Below, in pieces: positions 1-14,341 of a stretch of DNA of 64,000 nucleotides. The stretch is taken from positions 8,370,001 to 8,434,000 of the forward strand of contig OZ286476.1 in NCBI GenBank assembly GCA_965644265.1, in the 5' to 3' direction. The notes under the pieces are model-generated. The model searched no databases and had not been told where the DNA came from. It saw nothing but the letters and a program-made list of their open reading frames with translations. The position numbers were made by a program, and so were the translations under genes. Origin of the DNA: Glycera tridactyla (lineage: Eukaryota). How positions within the stretch are numbered: position 1 is the stretch's first letter; every line of letters begins with the position of its first letter.

Positions 1-1182
1 AAATATGGAGTTGATGTACCACAGGATAGAGATGACAGAGCTAGACACACTCCATGTGAAGGATATCTCAGGGTCAAAATATGGAGTTGATGTACACCAG
101 GCTAGAGATAGCAGAGCTAGACACACTCCATGTGGAGGATATCTGAGGGTCAAAATATGGAGTTGATGTACACCAGGCTAGAGATGACAGAGCTAGACAC
201 AGTCCATGTGAAGGATATCTCAGGGTCAGAATATGGAGTTGATGTACCACAGGCTAGAGATGACAGAGCTTGTCACAGTCCATGTGGAGGATATCTCAGG
301 GTCGAAATATGGAGTTGATGTACCACAGGCTAGGGATGACAGAGCTAGGCACACTCCATGTGAAGGATATCTCAGGGTCAAAATATGGAGTTGATGTACA
401 CCAGGCTAGAGATAGCAGAGCTAGACACACTCCATGTGGAGGATATCTCAGGGTCAAAATGTGGAGTTGATGTACCACAGGCTAGAGATAGCAGAGCTAG
501 ACACAGTCCATGTGGAGGATATCACAGGGTCAAAATATGGAGTTGATGTACCACAGGCTAGAGATGACAGAGCTAGACACAGTCCATGTGGAGGATATCT
601 CAGGGTCAAGATATGGAGTTGATGTACCACAGGCTAGAGATGACAAAGCCAGACACAGTCCATGTGGAGGATATCTCAGGGTCAAAATATGGAGTTGATG
701 TACCACAGGCTAGAGATAGCAGAGCTAGACACACTCCATGTGGAGGATATCTCAGGGTCAAAATATGGAGTTGATGTACACCAGGTTAGAGATAGCAGAG
801 CTAGACACACTCCATGTGGAGGGTATCTCAGGGTCAGAATATGGAGTTGATGTACCACAGGCTAGAGATGACAGAGCTAGACACACTCCATGTGAGGGAT
901 ATCTCAGGGTCAAAATATGGAGTTGATGTACACCAGGCTAGAGATAGCAGAGCTAGACACACTCCATGTGGAGGATATCTCAGGGTCAAAATATGGAGTT
1001 GATGTACACCAGGCTAGAGATGACAGAGCTAGATACAGTCCATGTGAAGGATATCTCAGGGTCAAAATATGGAGTTGATGTACACCAGGCTAGAGATAGC
1101 AGGGCTAGACACAGTCCATGTGAAGGATGTCTCAGGGTCAGAATATGGAGTTGATGTACACCAGGCTGGAGATGACGTAGCT
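1..1182 (+). repeat. 76-bp tandem minisatellite, about 15.5 copies in window (continues past left edge)
   Basis: Unit AAATATGGAGTTGATGTACCACAGGCTAGAGATGACAGAGCTAGACACACTCCATGTGAAGGATATCTCAGGGTCA recurs at 1, 77 ... 1141 (period 76); ORF-track starts are offset by multiples of 76. Confidence 0.97.
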
Positions 1183-1560
1183 AATGTCTGTCAAGTTTAA
1201 TCACTGAGCGTATGTTTTTCGCCCTCATATCGCGAATTCACTTCAGATTGAAATGTAACTTGAAAACAGACCTTGTTGAGATCCCCGACGACTAGAAGTG
1301 TGATCACGCTGAGGTACACTTGTTTATTTCACCTTGAAACGTTGAATATGTAAATTTCACGCTTGTTTCATGCTATGTGCAGCGGCCGTATATCTACTGT
1401 TCTGCATAGAAATATTCGCCGATAATGGCCGGAAAGACGCAATGAAATGATGGCATAATCCCCTTCTAAAGCTTACAGACAACCCACGACTGATCGCCAG
1501 AAGATCTGTACATTCCATTCTTGCCATTCGGAGTAAAACTGGACAAGAATTGACGAGATT

Positions 1561-3367
1561 TTGAGATTTGAAAAAACTTTATTCACAGTTTAGCTTCGAC
1601 CGAAGTCGCACTACAAGCTTTTGTGGTCATGCAACAAAACAGGTTTGAAAATACAACTATTACAACAAGTAAATCAAAATGAATACAAATAATTATATAC
1701 AAGAAAAATTCGATGCAGTCATACATAATTACGATACAAAAAATTCAATGGTGCTAGGTGAACACAGAGGCAGTATTTATGATATGTACAGAATTTTAGA
1801 TAGTTGATGACTAGTTGACAGATTTATTAGGCAGATTGGAAAATGGGGAATTGGATAAATCGGTGGATATTAGTTTTACTTTTACTTTGAAGGCTAACGA
1901 GATCATATGGATTTGGCATTGGATATAGTGAGTAGGTTAAGAAATATATTTAAGGTGAAATGATAGAGCACCTATAGAAATGGGGTGATATGGAAATGTG
2001 GAAATGGTAACATGAAAAAATATATATAAACACACATATATGTACCTAGACAAAGTTACGTACACGCTGGTACATTAACCCACAGCAGAATTATAGAAAA
2101 TATGCAGCCAGAGCTCGCCATTTTAACCATATATAGGTACAGATATATCATGATCACTCAATATATGTTAGTTGCAACCCATGTATTCCCGCTTACTTCG
2201 TGAGTATACATGGAAGAATACAGTATAGTAGTCATCTCTCCCACCAATCCCATTTATCTTATTTCATTTTTATCTTACGTCATCCCCTTGGTTATTCATA
2301 TTGTGATGCCCGAAATACGATTTACATTTTATCTTAAGGGTTACCAAAGAGGCACTGTCTCTAAGCTGTATTGGCACAGAGTTCCACAGTTTTATCCCTC
2401 TAAAAATCACACTCCGTGTCGCGAATTGCGTTCTGAGTCTAGGTATATGGAGATCCTGTCGGACAGACTGCCTAGTTAGCCTTCCAGTCACATTTGCCCT
2501 TGTTCTTATTTTATGACCATGAGTATTATTCAGCGGCATATTTATCATCTTATAAAATTCTATAATAAGTTGCCTCTTACGTAGCTACTCCAGATAGGGT
2601 ACCTTCAAGGTTCTATGGCACTCAGTAGCTGAGTAGCAGTGTGGATTACTCCACACAATTCTCAAACAACGATTCTTGGCTACTTGCAGCCTACTTGCCT
2701 GTTCCTGATTTAGGCTTCCATAAATGTGACCGTTGTAGCTAAGGAGAGACTGTATCAGGGAATGATACAGAAACAGAGCTCTTTGACTGCTGATATAGGG
2801 GCGGATGTGTGCTAGCGCTGACTTAAGAATATAGACCTTTCTTAGCAAATAACTGACATGAGCATCAAATGTTAGATTGCTATCTAGCATAATTCCTAGA
2901 TACTTGTAGTTGGGTACCCGCTGAATAATATTCCCCCCATAGGTGTGTCTGAGGACGAGTACCAAAGATCATGATTGATGATTTATCGAGATTTAGTGAG
3001 AGTTTCAAAAACATGAACCACTCACTCAATAATGCAATAGCCCTCTCTAATTTGATAGCCATCTCAGTTTCATTTGATGCTCTGGCACATACCGCAGTAT
3101 CATCGGCGTATAAATAGGGGGTACAGTCATGCAAAATAGTTGGCAATTCATTAACATATATCACAAATGAAAGTGGCCCCAAGGTTGAACCTTGGGGCAC
3201 TCCGCAGGTAATCGTACGATTTGAAGATATAGCACCATCGAATTTCACTGACTGTTGGCGGTTTGACAGATACGACCGAAACCACTCCACTGCACCATAT
3301 CTAAAACCAACCTCCTGAAGCCTTGTAAGTAAGCGAGCATGATCAACCGTATCGCACGCCTTCTCCG
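1561..3367 (-). mobile_element. 5'-truncated non-LTR retrotransposon (L2/CR1/Jockey-type LINE) fragment
   Basis: RT motifs on minus strand; 3' end near 1561-1590 has AATAAA then a T-run/TCAAATCTCAA tail; the segment is absent from the paralogous copy near 12200, whose flanks join directly. Confidence 0.85.
2270..3360 (-). pseudogene. Frameshifted LINE reverse transcriptase C-terminal half
   Basis: DTVDH..LL, EWFRSYLSNRQQSV, CGVPQGSTLGPLSF, YLYADDTAV, LSLNLDKS, YKYLGIMLDSNLTF, FRGIKLWNSVP, split over ORFs 2880-3290, 2585-2965 and 2270-2548. Confidence 0.9.
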
Positions 3368-5859
3368 CGTCTGAAACGTACCTGCCACATTTGGATTCGA
3401 CAGTGTTTAGGCATAGTCTATGTGAAGTGGACCAGGATCAGTTCTCTCTCAATGACTAGCAACCATCAGTGAGTCTTCATGCCACAAATGACCAACAACG
3501 TGATGTGCAGTTCAATGATTTATTCCGCGTGATGCACAGCATGCACAGTTTAAGATACAACCATGAAAACCTGTAGGGAAGGTAGGAGGTGAGACCGGTT
3601 CTCCATACCCCGACCACGTGTAGAGAAGCTCAAGTTCTGGTCTGCCTGTCCACCTTCACCCACACATTTATATACCATATGGACACATGTGTGTGTCAAC
3701 GTGACTCACACAACTACTTCCTCAATCAATATAACACTGCCAGACTTCTTAGGCCCAATAATGAGGACCAATACAAGACATGGCCGACTTGTGAAATATA
3801 ACAATCCGGTTCCACCTCGTTCTATCTGGTTCTGTCTGGTTGTGTCTGGTTCTGGCTCATGTGGCCAATATTGGCACATCCACAGTTCCTGTATAACAGT
3901 ACACTACAATCGGACATGCTGCCTATGCCACATGACCAATTTCTATAACAACCATAATATCAGAATTCCTCATAGCGCAATATATGATACTATATCATCC
4001 GAAAACGAGATCGCATCACACAGCAAAATATCACACAACAACAGGTGCTGTGTGCTCACAAGTGCTTTTCCTGATAGATTTCGTTGAGAGATGGTGGGGA
4101 TAATCCTGCCACAAGAGGACAAGCAAGGCAAATTATCTGAAAAAATCGTATTGGTGACATACGGATGTGACAGACCAACTATAAACTACCTGGAAGCTGG
4201 GTGACAGATGATGACTGATGTTTCGTGTTACACCTGGCGGCAATTTCCTGAAGCTGATACAAAACATGTGCGTCACCTATGTACACGTATTGTGTGACAC
4301 AGGCACACAGGAAATAAAATACACTGAGGCTACCTCATGTGCATATAATCCTAATACCTGTATCATTTCCCCATTATTATATCCACCTCATGATTCCTTT
4401 GCGTTTGGGTGCGGCCATCTTGGAAAATCAGTGACGGTGATGTACACTAATGGCTTCGCGTTTAGAAGCTGCCAGTGAATGTAATTGCCGGAAATAGCTG
4501 GATTGATTGATGTTGTTCAACATCCTCTCGACAACCCATGGGTCATTCCAGACCGGAAGATACTTCTGTATTATTGTGAAGCCTTTCATGACACAAAATG
4601 TTGTATTCCGTATTCAACGTGTTTCGAAACCTAAAACATATAACTATCCGTTGAATAGGGAACATCATTGCGAGGGGAAACTTGCCAGTTTTTCACCAAC
4701 AGTTTACGTTAAACAGTCAAAGGTCATTGGCAGGCAATGCATTAATGTTGTCCCTCCTGTTCGGAAAAGAAATAGTAATATTTGGAGTCATTCAAGGCAA
4801 AATCATATCGAAATTATTAATCCTAAGCATTGATAATCCTGAAGATGAAATGAGATGGAAATTTCAGATACTCATCCATCAATGATAAAATTATGATAAT
4901 GATGATAATCAGCACTTTCGAACAGTATACCATCAACAGTCAAATTGCATTGACGAGCACTGCACCGAAGTTGGTCCTCTTGTTCGAGAAAGATAGTCAT
5001 GTTCAAATCAATTCAAGGCATCTTGTCAAAAATGTTGATCTAGGCAGTGGTACTTCTGAAGATGAAATGAGGTGGAAGATTGAGGAATTCGTTTATTGAT
5101 GGCTAGAACTTATATTTATCTCAGGAACTGAGTGGCAAAATATGTTCTGCAGATACGTGCCTTGTCTGACATTTACTGTGTGGTGAAATCAATCATTTGT
5201 AAAAGCAGCCTACAGCATCACCCACTCTTGTCTCTTGGGACAAATAAGATGGATGTGCCTGAGGGTGGGAATATACAAACTGGAAATGTCGAACAGAGCT
5301 CGTACGTCAGAGTGGCGTCATGCCAGATTTTGAACAGCCTGTCATGGGAGTTAACACCATTGCGTGAATGATAGCTTCACATTACATGACGTGGATGTGT
5401 AGCAGGGAGCTGACATTGCTTATCATAAATGAAGTCGACAAGTCTCTACGATAGCTACATCCTCTGATTGCTATCATTTATAACCGGTGTTCACAGACAG
5501 GGATGTAATTTCTGCGATTACACAGCCTGAATACATTCTCACATATATGCGTGTACGTGTGATGATGATGATGATGATACCATTTATTAGATAAAGCAAA
5601 CACTTCTGATAACCTCTATTTGCAGCTGCTGTCTACCTCAGCGGGGCACACTTGAGTCTACAACCCTAGCCAGGCTGATTGACAGATGTGGTTATAGTTC
5701 TCTAAAGAGTACCGTTAATTAGGTATAGCTATAATAGAAGATGGGTCCCCTGAATGGATATCGTTTTCCAAATGAATGAATCGAGAATTCTTCATTGTCC
5801 ATGATGACATTTCATTCGGTGCTCTACCTTCGCAGGCAGGTGGTGAACGTTATCATCAT

Positions 5860-5904
<45 letters not shown>

Positions 5905-5981
5905 CAGTAGTAGTATCATTATTATTATCAACAACATCATCATCACTATTATCATAGTTATTGTCATTATTATCATTATTA

Positions 5982-6054
<73 letters not shown>

Positions 6055-6495
6055 TATCATCATCATCATTGTTATATTATTTTTTTTAATATCATTATTA
6101 CTATCATTATTGTGTAGAGGAAGAAGACCCAACGAATCACATACTCCGAAAATGTCAGTTTATTCCTCTGGTGTGGACAGCAGGAAGACAGATGATCATG
6201 CAGAGAACATGCAACAACGAGCGACTCAATACAGGGCACATCAAGACTCATGCTGAAGGAGATTCTTGAGAAGAAATGGGAGCTCAGACTCAGTGGAAGG
6301 TCATGGAGAATCCACGAAGCTTTTCGGACTGCGTCCTCATCAGGTGGTTTTTGTTATAATTATTTTTATCACTATTATCATCATGATTATTATCATAATC
6401 ATTATTATCATCATAATCATTATAAGTATCATTATTGTTATTGACATCATTATTATTATCATTACTTTTATCATAATCATCATTACTATTATCAT

Positions 6496-6575
<80 letters not shown>

Positions 6576-6600
6576 ACATCATCATTATTTTCATAATTCT
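5860..6600. repeat. Compound trinucleotide microsatellites (AGT)n, (ATT)n, (ATC)n
   Basis: Direct reading of 5860-6110 and 6355-6600. Confidence 0.95.
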
Positions 6601-8239
6601 TATCATTACGTATGGCATCTGTTCTTGGTCAATATATGCTACGTCATTGGTCCCCTGCAGGCGCCACTTACACCAAACCTGAACACAAGATGATGTGATC
6701 ACTGAAAGGTTGTCGAGTGGAATCCATACATACAGCTTCTGTCGTGTGTTGATATGATGGATTGTCAACTGGACCATGGACCAACTAACTACGATGGCAA
6801 TGGTACTAGTGTCATCCATGCTGAAATGGAGAAATCCTGGTGAAGCATAGAAAGGCAAACCTGTACTATCAGAGACTCGAGACGTGTGGGTCGATGAACC
6901 AGATGTGACAGCTGGCTTCTGGGTGAGTATACTGATGTTGATGGTTAGACATTGTAGGATCTACTCACCTCCTTATATACGTCGACACTCGTGTGATATA
7001 CTCAGTGCTGTGTGCACTGTGGGAATGGAGCAGGGTATGTTGAAAATATCTCAACACTTCTCATCTTGAACTATGCTCATCAGACATGATAAATCATAGA
7101 GATTGCATATGCTTGCATGCATCATGATGTTATATACATTTATATACAGTCACATCTGTGATCCGTATATATACTAGGGATATATTCATGGAGACAAATG
7201 GTTATTTGGTGGGGGCATGAGAGTAACAAGTGAGTGAGACAAAGAGGCAGACAACAATGCAAGAGGAAGGAAGAGCGCGAGATAGATAGGTGAAAATACA
7301 CGTCATCTCCTAGCTCAATTCCACTGATCTCTATCAAATCCAAATGTGGCGAGATTATCATACCTGAATGGTTTTGGAGAAGTTTACATCATCATTGCAT
7401 TGCAGATCCGATGGGGATATTGCCGCCATACTCACCGTGAAACCAGCGTCAAATCAACATAATTGGTATTTCATGGTGGAATATACAAGGAAACATAGCC
7501 GAGTTCACATACTCAGTCACAGGAGATATCAATAATGTCTATCAGCGTGTTTTGTTTGAATCCGATGCGAATTCGCGATGCTAGAGCGATCAACGTTTCC
7601 ACCATGATTAAACTTGACAGACTTCACCAGTTATCCATTCCATCACAGTTGGCATTGGAACCGTGTAAGTGATACCTGCAGGGGGCGGAACATCTCGTTC
7701 TCACTGACCAGGAAGATAGGGCATATGCAAAATCATCTTGGTTGATTCATCCTTTTCAACCAGGAACAGTCAGACGAACACAGAAGAAAAAGCCATCGCT
7801 AGATAAGTCAAAATCGATAAAGGATTAAAGCTTAAGCGGCCGGAATTTAATTTGAATCAATAATTAATCTTATCTCATTGACAGAAATCTTTTTCATTTT
7901 TCGTATACATGGTCAGCATCTATATACATTTATCATGATGGTCAAAAGTTGCGATTGTAGTCATTACCACGATACAGGAAGGTAAACTTTGAAGACATGT
8001 TGAGAGAAGGGGTCACTTGAATGGTATGCGGTCTTGATAAGCATCCCCAGTGATTGCAGCAGTCATCTGAATCAGCACAAGTAGCCAGTAGTTGGCAGAA
8101 ATCAGAGAACTTGGCGCCACATTTGTCACAATAAAGCCAGCCATCTAGTTAGCCACTATCAGTGATATTCAAGCTTGATAAACACTGCCAGGGTTTACTT
8201 GCACGCTATGACATGGTGAACACTCATAATAACATTCTC

Positions 8240-8353
8240 TCTCTCTCTCCTTTCATCTACCCATCTATGTATCTTTCCCCTGCCGTCGGCTCTCTCATCT
8301 CTCTCTGTCTCTCTCTTTCTATCTCTCTGTCCCTGTACTCTCTCTCTGTCCCG

Positions 8354-8399
<46 letters not shown>

Positions 8400-8420
8400 T
8401 CTCTCTCTCTCTCTATCTGT
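8240..8420. repeat. (CT)n-rich microsatellite
   Basis: Direct reading. Confidence 0.9.
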
Positions 8421-10480
8421 TTTCTCTCGATATCTAGGTACGCACTCATTCTCGGCTCTCCCTCACCTTTTTCATGTCCCTTTCATTGACTCTCTCAGTT
8501 TCTGTCCTTCTCTGACACTCAACCCTATTTTTCGACGTCCTGTACCTATCCTCCTTCTCGTTCTCTCCCATTCTCTCTCATTGTCTCTCTACTCTTTTTT
8601 TAGTCACTCTCTTCACTGCGTCACTCTTTTTCCCGATATGGTCGCTATCATTCCAGTTTCATCCATAGCAGATGGACTGTAAGAAATACATTGAAGACGT
8701 ATGGGTGGTCACATTGATGGCATTCATCTTCGTTGAGAAATGGATTGTAGACGATTGAAGACTCAGTGTTATGAGAAGAAACAATTCCTTCCTCGATACA
8801 GAGGAGTAACTATGATAACTGAATGACAGGAACGAACAACAATCCAGGGTTGAGCAATAATGTATATGGGGGACAAGAAGCGGTGAGATGCGATTATCCC
8901 CCGCCCCATACAATCACCTCCTAGTCTATCTCTCACACACACTTTCTTCACCTCCCAGTCTTTCTCTTCTACCGTTTCTCTATCTTTCGCAATTTTTTCC
9001 ACTTTTCTACCTGCCTCATTCGACCTCTTTCTTCCCATCTCCNNNNNNNNNNNNNNNNNNNNNNNNNNNNNNNNNNNNNNNNNNNNNNNNNNNNNNNNNN
9101 NNNNNNNNNNNNNNNNNNNNNNNNNNNNNNNNNNNNNNNNNNNNNNNNNNNNNNNNNNNNNNNNNNNNNNNNNNNNNNNNNNNNNNNNNNNNNNNNNNNN
9201 NNNNNNNNNNNNNNNNNNNNNNNNNNNNNNNNNNNNNNNNNNNNNNNNNNAGTCAAATTTTCATCAGCCCTTCCCCATTCTCCCCTGGGAGCAAGTTGTC
9301 TCTCTCGCTCTCTCTCTCTTTCTGATTTTCCCTTTTTTATCTCTCCCTAATCTCTTTCGTTCTCTTTTTTCTTTCAATTCCTTTCGGTAACTCTCTCTCC
9401 TTTTTTTCGCTGTCCCCCTGTCTCTTTTATCTCGTTATATAAGGGACCACCGAACAATCTATCCAGGAATTTGTTGGGCATTCTTCCATATCATTATTTT
9501 CGTTTGGATGATACAGAAATGAGATTAAAGAGGTTGAAGGGATTTCAGCGTTGAAGTATTCTAGTTGTCAGGAGTGAATTGAGTCTCAATATTATTCTCC
9601 TAGATGTAATTTCGATCGGCTTGGATATTATTCGTTCACCTGTGAATGACAAAGCTATAATAGATAACGTTGTCGGGAATCACATCAGTTTCAGAGGACA
9701 AACCAACACAAATTTCCGCTAGAGATTGATCTGTACGCAGAAAGGAGAAACCGTGGTTGCGTTTGACTGCTCGATCATTGTCGTCATGCTGGTGTTTGAA
9801 TTATGGCATTATCTGCAGCAGAACCATATGAAGTATCGATGCTGATGTCGTCCTGTTCTTTACTCATAGAAACACCACATACTAGATCCCAAGAAACAGA
9901 ATTTATATAGCATTACAGTACTTTCCGGACGAGTTATAAACTGTCAGTGGACATATTCTTCCAGTTCTTTATCAGTGTACCTGAAAGTGTCTGCAGTGNN
10001 NNNNNNNNNNNNNNNNNNNNNNNNNNNNNNNNNNNNNNNNNNNNNNNNNNNNNNNNNNNNNNNNNNNNNNNNNNNNNNNNNNNNNNNNNNNNNNNNNNNN
10101 NNNNNNNNNNNNNNNNNNNNNNNNNNNNNNNNNNNNNNNNNNNNNNNNNNNNNNNNNNNNNNNNNNNNNNNNNNNNNNNNNNNNNNNNNNNNNNNNNNNN
10201 NNNNNNNNNNNNNNNNNNNNNNNNNNNNNNNNNNNNNNNNNNNNNNNNNNNNNNNNNNNNNNNNNNNNNNNNNNNNNNNNNNNTTGCCATGTAATTGTGT
10301 GAATCTGAGATATAAACTGTTCAGAGAGAGATGTGCAGGTTGGTACATCCCAACAGGTATAAAAGATTCATGAAGCCTATGGAGCCTCATGAACTCGGAG
10401 AATGACAGGTAGCAGCTGTACTTGAAATCAACTGTCTTGAGCAAGTGGAGTTGATACTACATCGGATCGAGGGGTGATTT

Positions 10481-10550
10481 GTTGGTTAGTTGGTTGATTG
10501 GTTGGTTAGTTCTTGTTCAACGTCACGTCAGCACCATCTGAATTTATATA
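10481..10550 (-). repeat. Possible SINE-like 3' end with (AACC)n tail; related copies near 17290-17350 and 23776-23845
   Basis: Minus strand reads ...GGTGCTGACGTGACGTTGAACAAGAAC followed by AACC/AATC repeats; three dispersed similar copies; no A/B-box head found. Confidence 0.3.
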
Positions 10551-10996
10551 GCACTACAGTACTTTCCCGAAAAGTTATAAACTGTCAGTGGACATATTCT
10601 TCCAGTCCTTGACAAACATGCTGATATACGCCGTCTATGCTGCTTCCGATATAGCTCATCTGTATAGTTTGCCTTTGCTCGGAACCTGCTCTACTAGAAC
10701 ACAGAGACCTTCCCTGACCTATTTCACGTGGCATATCTCCTAATCCACCATCTGTGGATGTCAGTAATCACATGCCGAAGCCTCACCTGTATCAATACAA
10801 AACAGCATATATCTAATATCAATACAAATTACCGACTCTTGTGATCTCAAGGAGCAGTGCCCAAGTACATTCTACCCAGTCTTATTTCAATTATGTTCAA
10901 TGTATTCCTCAACTGCTTATATTTCACTCTGGTTTTCTTACTGGAGCACTAGAAATTATCAGTGTAACTGAATGTGTCTGCAGTGATTAAATAAAA

Positions 10997-11032
<36 letters not shown>

Positions 11033-11699
11033 GATGGGCGGGTGCTGTTGAGAGGCTGGGAGTATTGGTAGGAGGCATTTTTGAGGCTCTGCATAGCTGA
11101 CAGTATAGACACTTTTCCAAATGTATCAGGCGAAACCAAATGTATCCAATAATGGCATATTTGGACTCTGTCAAATCTGAAACTGGTATCTTTCACTGGC
11201 TCTATTCACCATATCTCAGCCGATTTAAGTTTGCATGACACGTCTATCATTGAAAGAACTTGTCTATGACCAAACCTTTTTTCCCAGATAATCTGCTTAT
11301 AATGAAACTGTCACGTCATTGGCAGATTATCCCTTCTGAAATGAGAGGGTTACGACAGCGGCTCTCTCTATCAACGCAAAAATAAAACCACATATCTAAG
11401 GTACTGGGGTGGATATTCATATGTGGAGTTCGCCGTGATCACATTTTTGTCACCAGAGATGTAAGCAAAGTATATATACATCAATCAAGCATCGATTGTC
11501 GAAGGAAAGACAACATGGATGTCGGGTGAAGATTTTGTGCAATTGGGTTTTCTGAGAGAACATGGGTGATTCGACATTCGTTAACCTGATCGAAGGTCGG
11601 TGATCCCAGGTTCAAATCCATAAGAAATCGAATGATTACTGAAAATTATCTGTACATTTCGATGATGTATCTTGAAACGTAGTTGAATTCTGAGATGTA

Positions 11700-14304
11700 T
11701 GTCAGGGTCAAAATATAGGGTTGATGCACACTAGGCTAGAGATAGCAGATCTAGACACAGTCCATGTGAAGGATATCTCAGGGTCAAAATATGTAGTTGA
11801 TGTACACTAAGTTAGAGATGACATAGCTAAAGTCTGTCAAGTTTAATCATGGAGCGTGCGTTTTTCGCCCTCATATCGCGAATTCACTTCAGATTGGAAT
11901 GAAACTTAAAGACAGACCTTGCCTAAATCCCCGACGACTAAAAATGTGATCACGCCTAGGTACACTTGTTTATTTCACCTCGGAAAGCTGAATATGTCAA
12001 TTTCACGCTTGTTTCACGCTATGTGCGGCAGCCGTAACTTCACTGTTCTGCATAGAAATATTCGCAGATAATGGCCGGAAAAATGCGATGAGATGATGGC
12101 ATAATCCCCTTCTAAAACATACAGACAACCCAAGACTGATCGCCAGAAGATCTGTACATTCCATTCTTGCCATTTGGAGTCAAGCTGGACGAGAAATGAC
12201 AAAGTTAGCGTCTGAAACGTACCTGCCACATTTGGATTCGACAGAGTTTAGAAGTAGTCTATGTGAAGTGGACCAGGATCACTTCTCTCTCAATGGCAAG
12301 CAACCATCAGTGAGTCTTCATGCCACAAACGACCAACGACGTGATGTCCAGTTCAATGATTTATTCCCTGTGCTGTACAGCATGCGTAGTAAAAGATACA
12401 ACCATGACAATCGGTAGGAAAGGTAGGAGACGAGACTGGTTCTTCATATATCCGTCCTCGTGTAGAGATGCCTAGGTTCTGGTCTGCCTGTCCACCTTCA
12501 CCCACATATTTATATACCATATGGTCACATGTGCGCGTCAACGTGACTCACACAACTACTTCCTCAATCAATCCGGTTCTACCCCGTGCTATCTGATTCT
12601 GTCTGGTTTTGTCTGGTTCTGACTCATGTGGCCAATTTTGGTACGTCCACAGTTCTTGTATAACAGTACTCTACAATCGGTGTTGCCGCCTATACCACAC
12701 TGTCCTACAGAATAACAGAAATGCTCATAGCATGATATATGATACTATATCCGAAGATGATATCCATTACACAACAAGATATCACCTATAAACGAGTGCT
12801 GTGGTTTTCCCCTTCAGTTCCATTGAGAGATAGTTGCGATAATCTTGCCACAAGAGGATGAGCAAGGCAAATTATTTAAAAATCGCACGGGTCACATACG
12901 GACGTGACAGACCAACAGTAAACTACCTGGAAGCTGGGTGACAGATGATGACTGATGTTTTGTGTTACACCTGGCAGCAATTTCCTAAAGCTGATACAAA
13001 ACATGTGCGTCACCTATGTACACGTATTGTGTGACACAGGCACACAGGAAATAGAAAACACTGAGGCTACCTCATGTGCATGTAATCCTAATACCTTTAT
13101 CATTTCCTCATTATCATATTCACCTCGTGATCCCTTTGCTTTTGGGTGCAGCCATCTTGGAAAATCAGCGACGGTGATTTACAATAATGGTTAACGTTTA
13201 GAAGCTGCCAGTACATGTCATCGCCGGGAATTGGCGATGATATTCAACATCCTCTCCACAACCCATGGGTCATTCCTGACCGGGAGATACTTGTGTATTA
13301 TCACAAAGCATTTCATGACACAAATTGTTGTATTCCATATTCAACGTGTTTCGATACCTAAGACATATAACTATCGTTGAAGAAAGGAACGTCATTACGA
13401 GAGGAAACTTGCCAGTCTCTCACCAACAGTTTGCGTCCAACAGTCAAAGGTTATTGACAGGCAATGCATTGAAGTTGGTCCTCCTGTTCGGAAAAGAAAT
13501 AGTTATATTTGAAGTCATTCAAGGCAAGGCAAAATAATGTTGAATAATAATGATATCTCATGATATATATATCTCAAATATGTTACAAATCAGCACATTC
13601 GAACAGTATACCTTCAACAGTCAAATAGCATTGCTGAGCAATGTACCGAGGTTGGTCCTCTTGTTCGAGGAGGATAGTCATGTTCAAACCAATTCAAGGC
13701 ATCTTGTCAGAAATGTTGATTAAAGCAGTGGTACTTCTGAAGATTGAATGAGCTGGAAGATTAAGGAATTTGTATATTGATAGCTAGAACTTTCATTCAT
13801 CCCAAGAACTGAGTGGCAAAATATGTTCTGCAGACACGTGCCTTGTCTGACATTCACTGTGTGGTGGAATCAATCATTTGTAGAAGCAGTCTACAGCATC
13901 ACTCACACTTGTCTCTTGGGACAAATAAGATGGATGTGCCTGAAGGTGGGAATATACAAACTGGGAATGTAGAACAGAGCTCATACGTCAGAGTGGCGTC
14001 ATGTCTGATTTTAATCACCCTGTCATGGGAGTTAACACCATTGCATGAATGATAGCTTTACATCACGTGACGTGGATGTGAAGCAGGGAGCTGACATTGC
14101 ACATCATAAATGAAATCAACAAGTCTCTACGATAGCTGCATCCTCTGATTGCAGCCATTCATAACCGATGTTCACAGACAGCGATGATATTTCTCCGATT
14201 TGACACCCTGAATACAGACTCACATACGTGCGTGTACTTGTGATGATGATGAGGAATATGATGATGATGAATATGATGAATATGATGATGATGATGAATA
14301 TGAA

Positions 14305-14341
<37 letters not shown>

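Larger units (their letters stand above)
1180..11640 (+). repeat. Segmental repeat, copy A (approximate limits)
   Basis: 1180-1560 matches ~11825-12205; 3368-5530 matches ~12208-14220 and partly ~24990-26200; 7228-7670 matches ~15365-15790 and ~27436-27815; 8590-11640 matches ~21545-24920 (matched by eye). Confidence 0.8.

Noticed and set aside
1-1182. CRISPR-like array, or the repeated 62-aa ORFs (MWRISQGQNMEL...)
   Set aside because: Units are contiguous with no unique spacers and no cas genes, in a eukaryotic context; the 76-bp period is not a multiple of 3, so the ORFs are repeat artefacts.
3589-5371. Short ORFs recurring in the segmental repeat (e.g. MFRVTPGGNFLK..., MAKYVLQ...)
   Set aside because: Stops and frames differ between copies and no domain is recognisable.
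5795-6858. Poly-Ile/Met/Ser ORFs and a possible exon (MLKEILEKKWELRLSGRSW)
   Set aside because: Translations of trinucleotide microsatellites; the short protein-like part has no recognisable domain or consistent splice phases.
11595-11635. tRNA-like B-box GGTTCAAATCC
   Set aside because: No cloverleaf or A-box; at most a SINE remnant.
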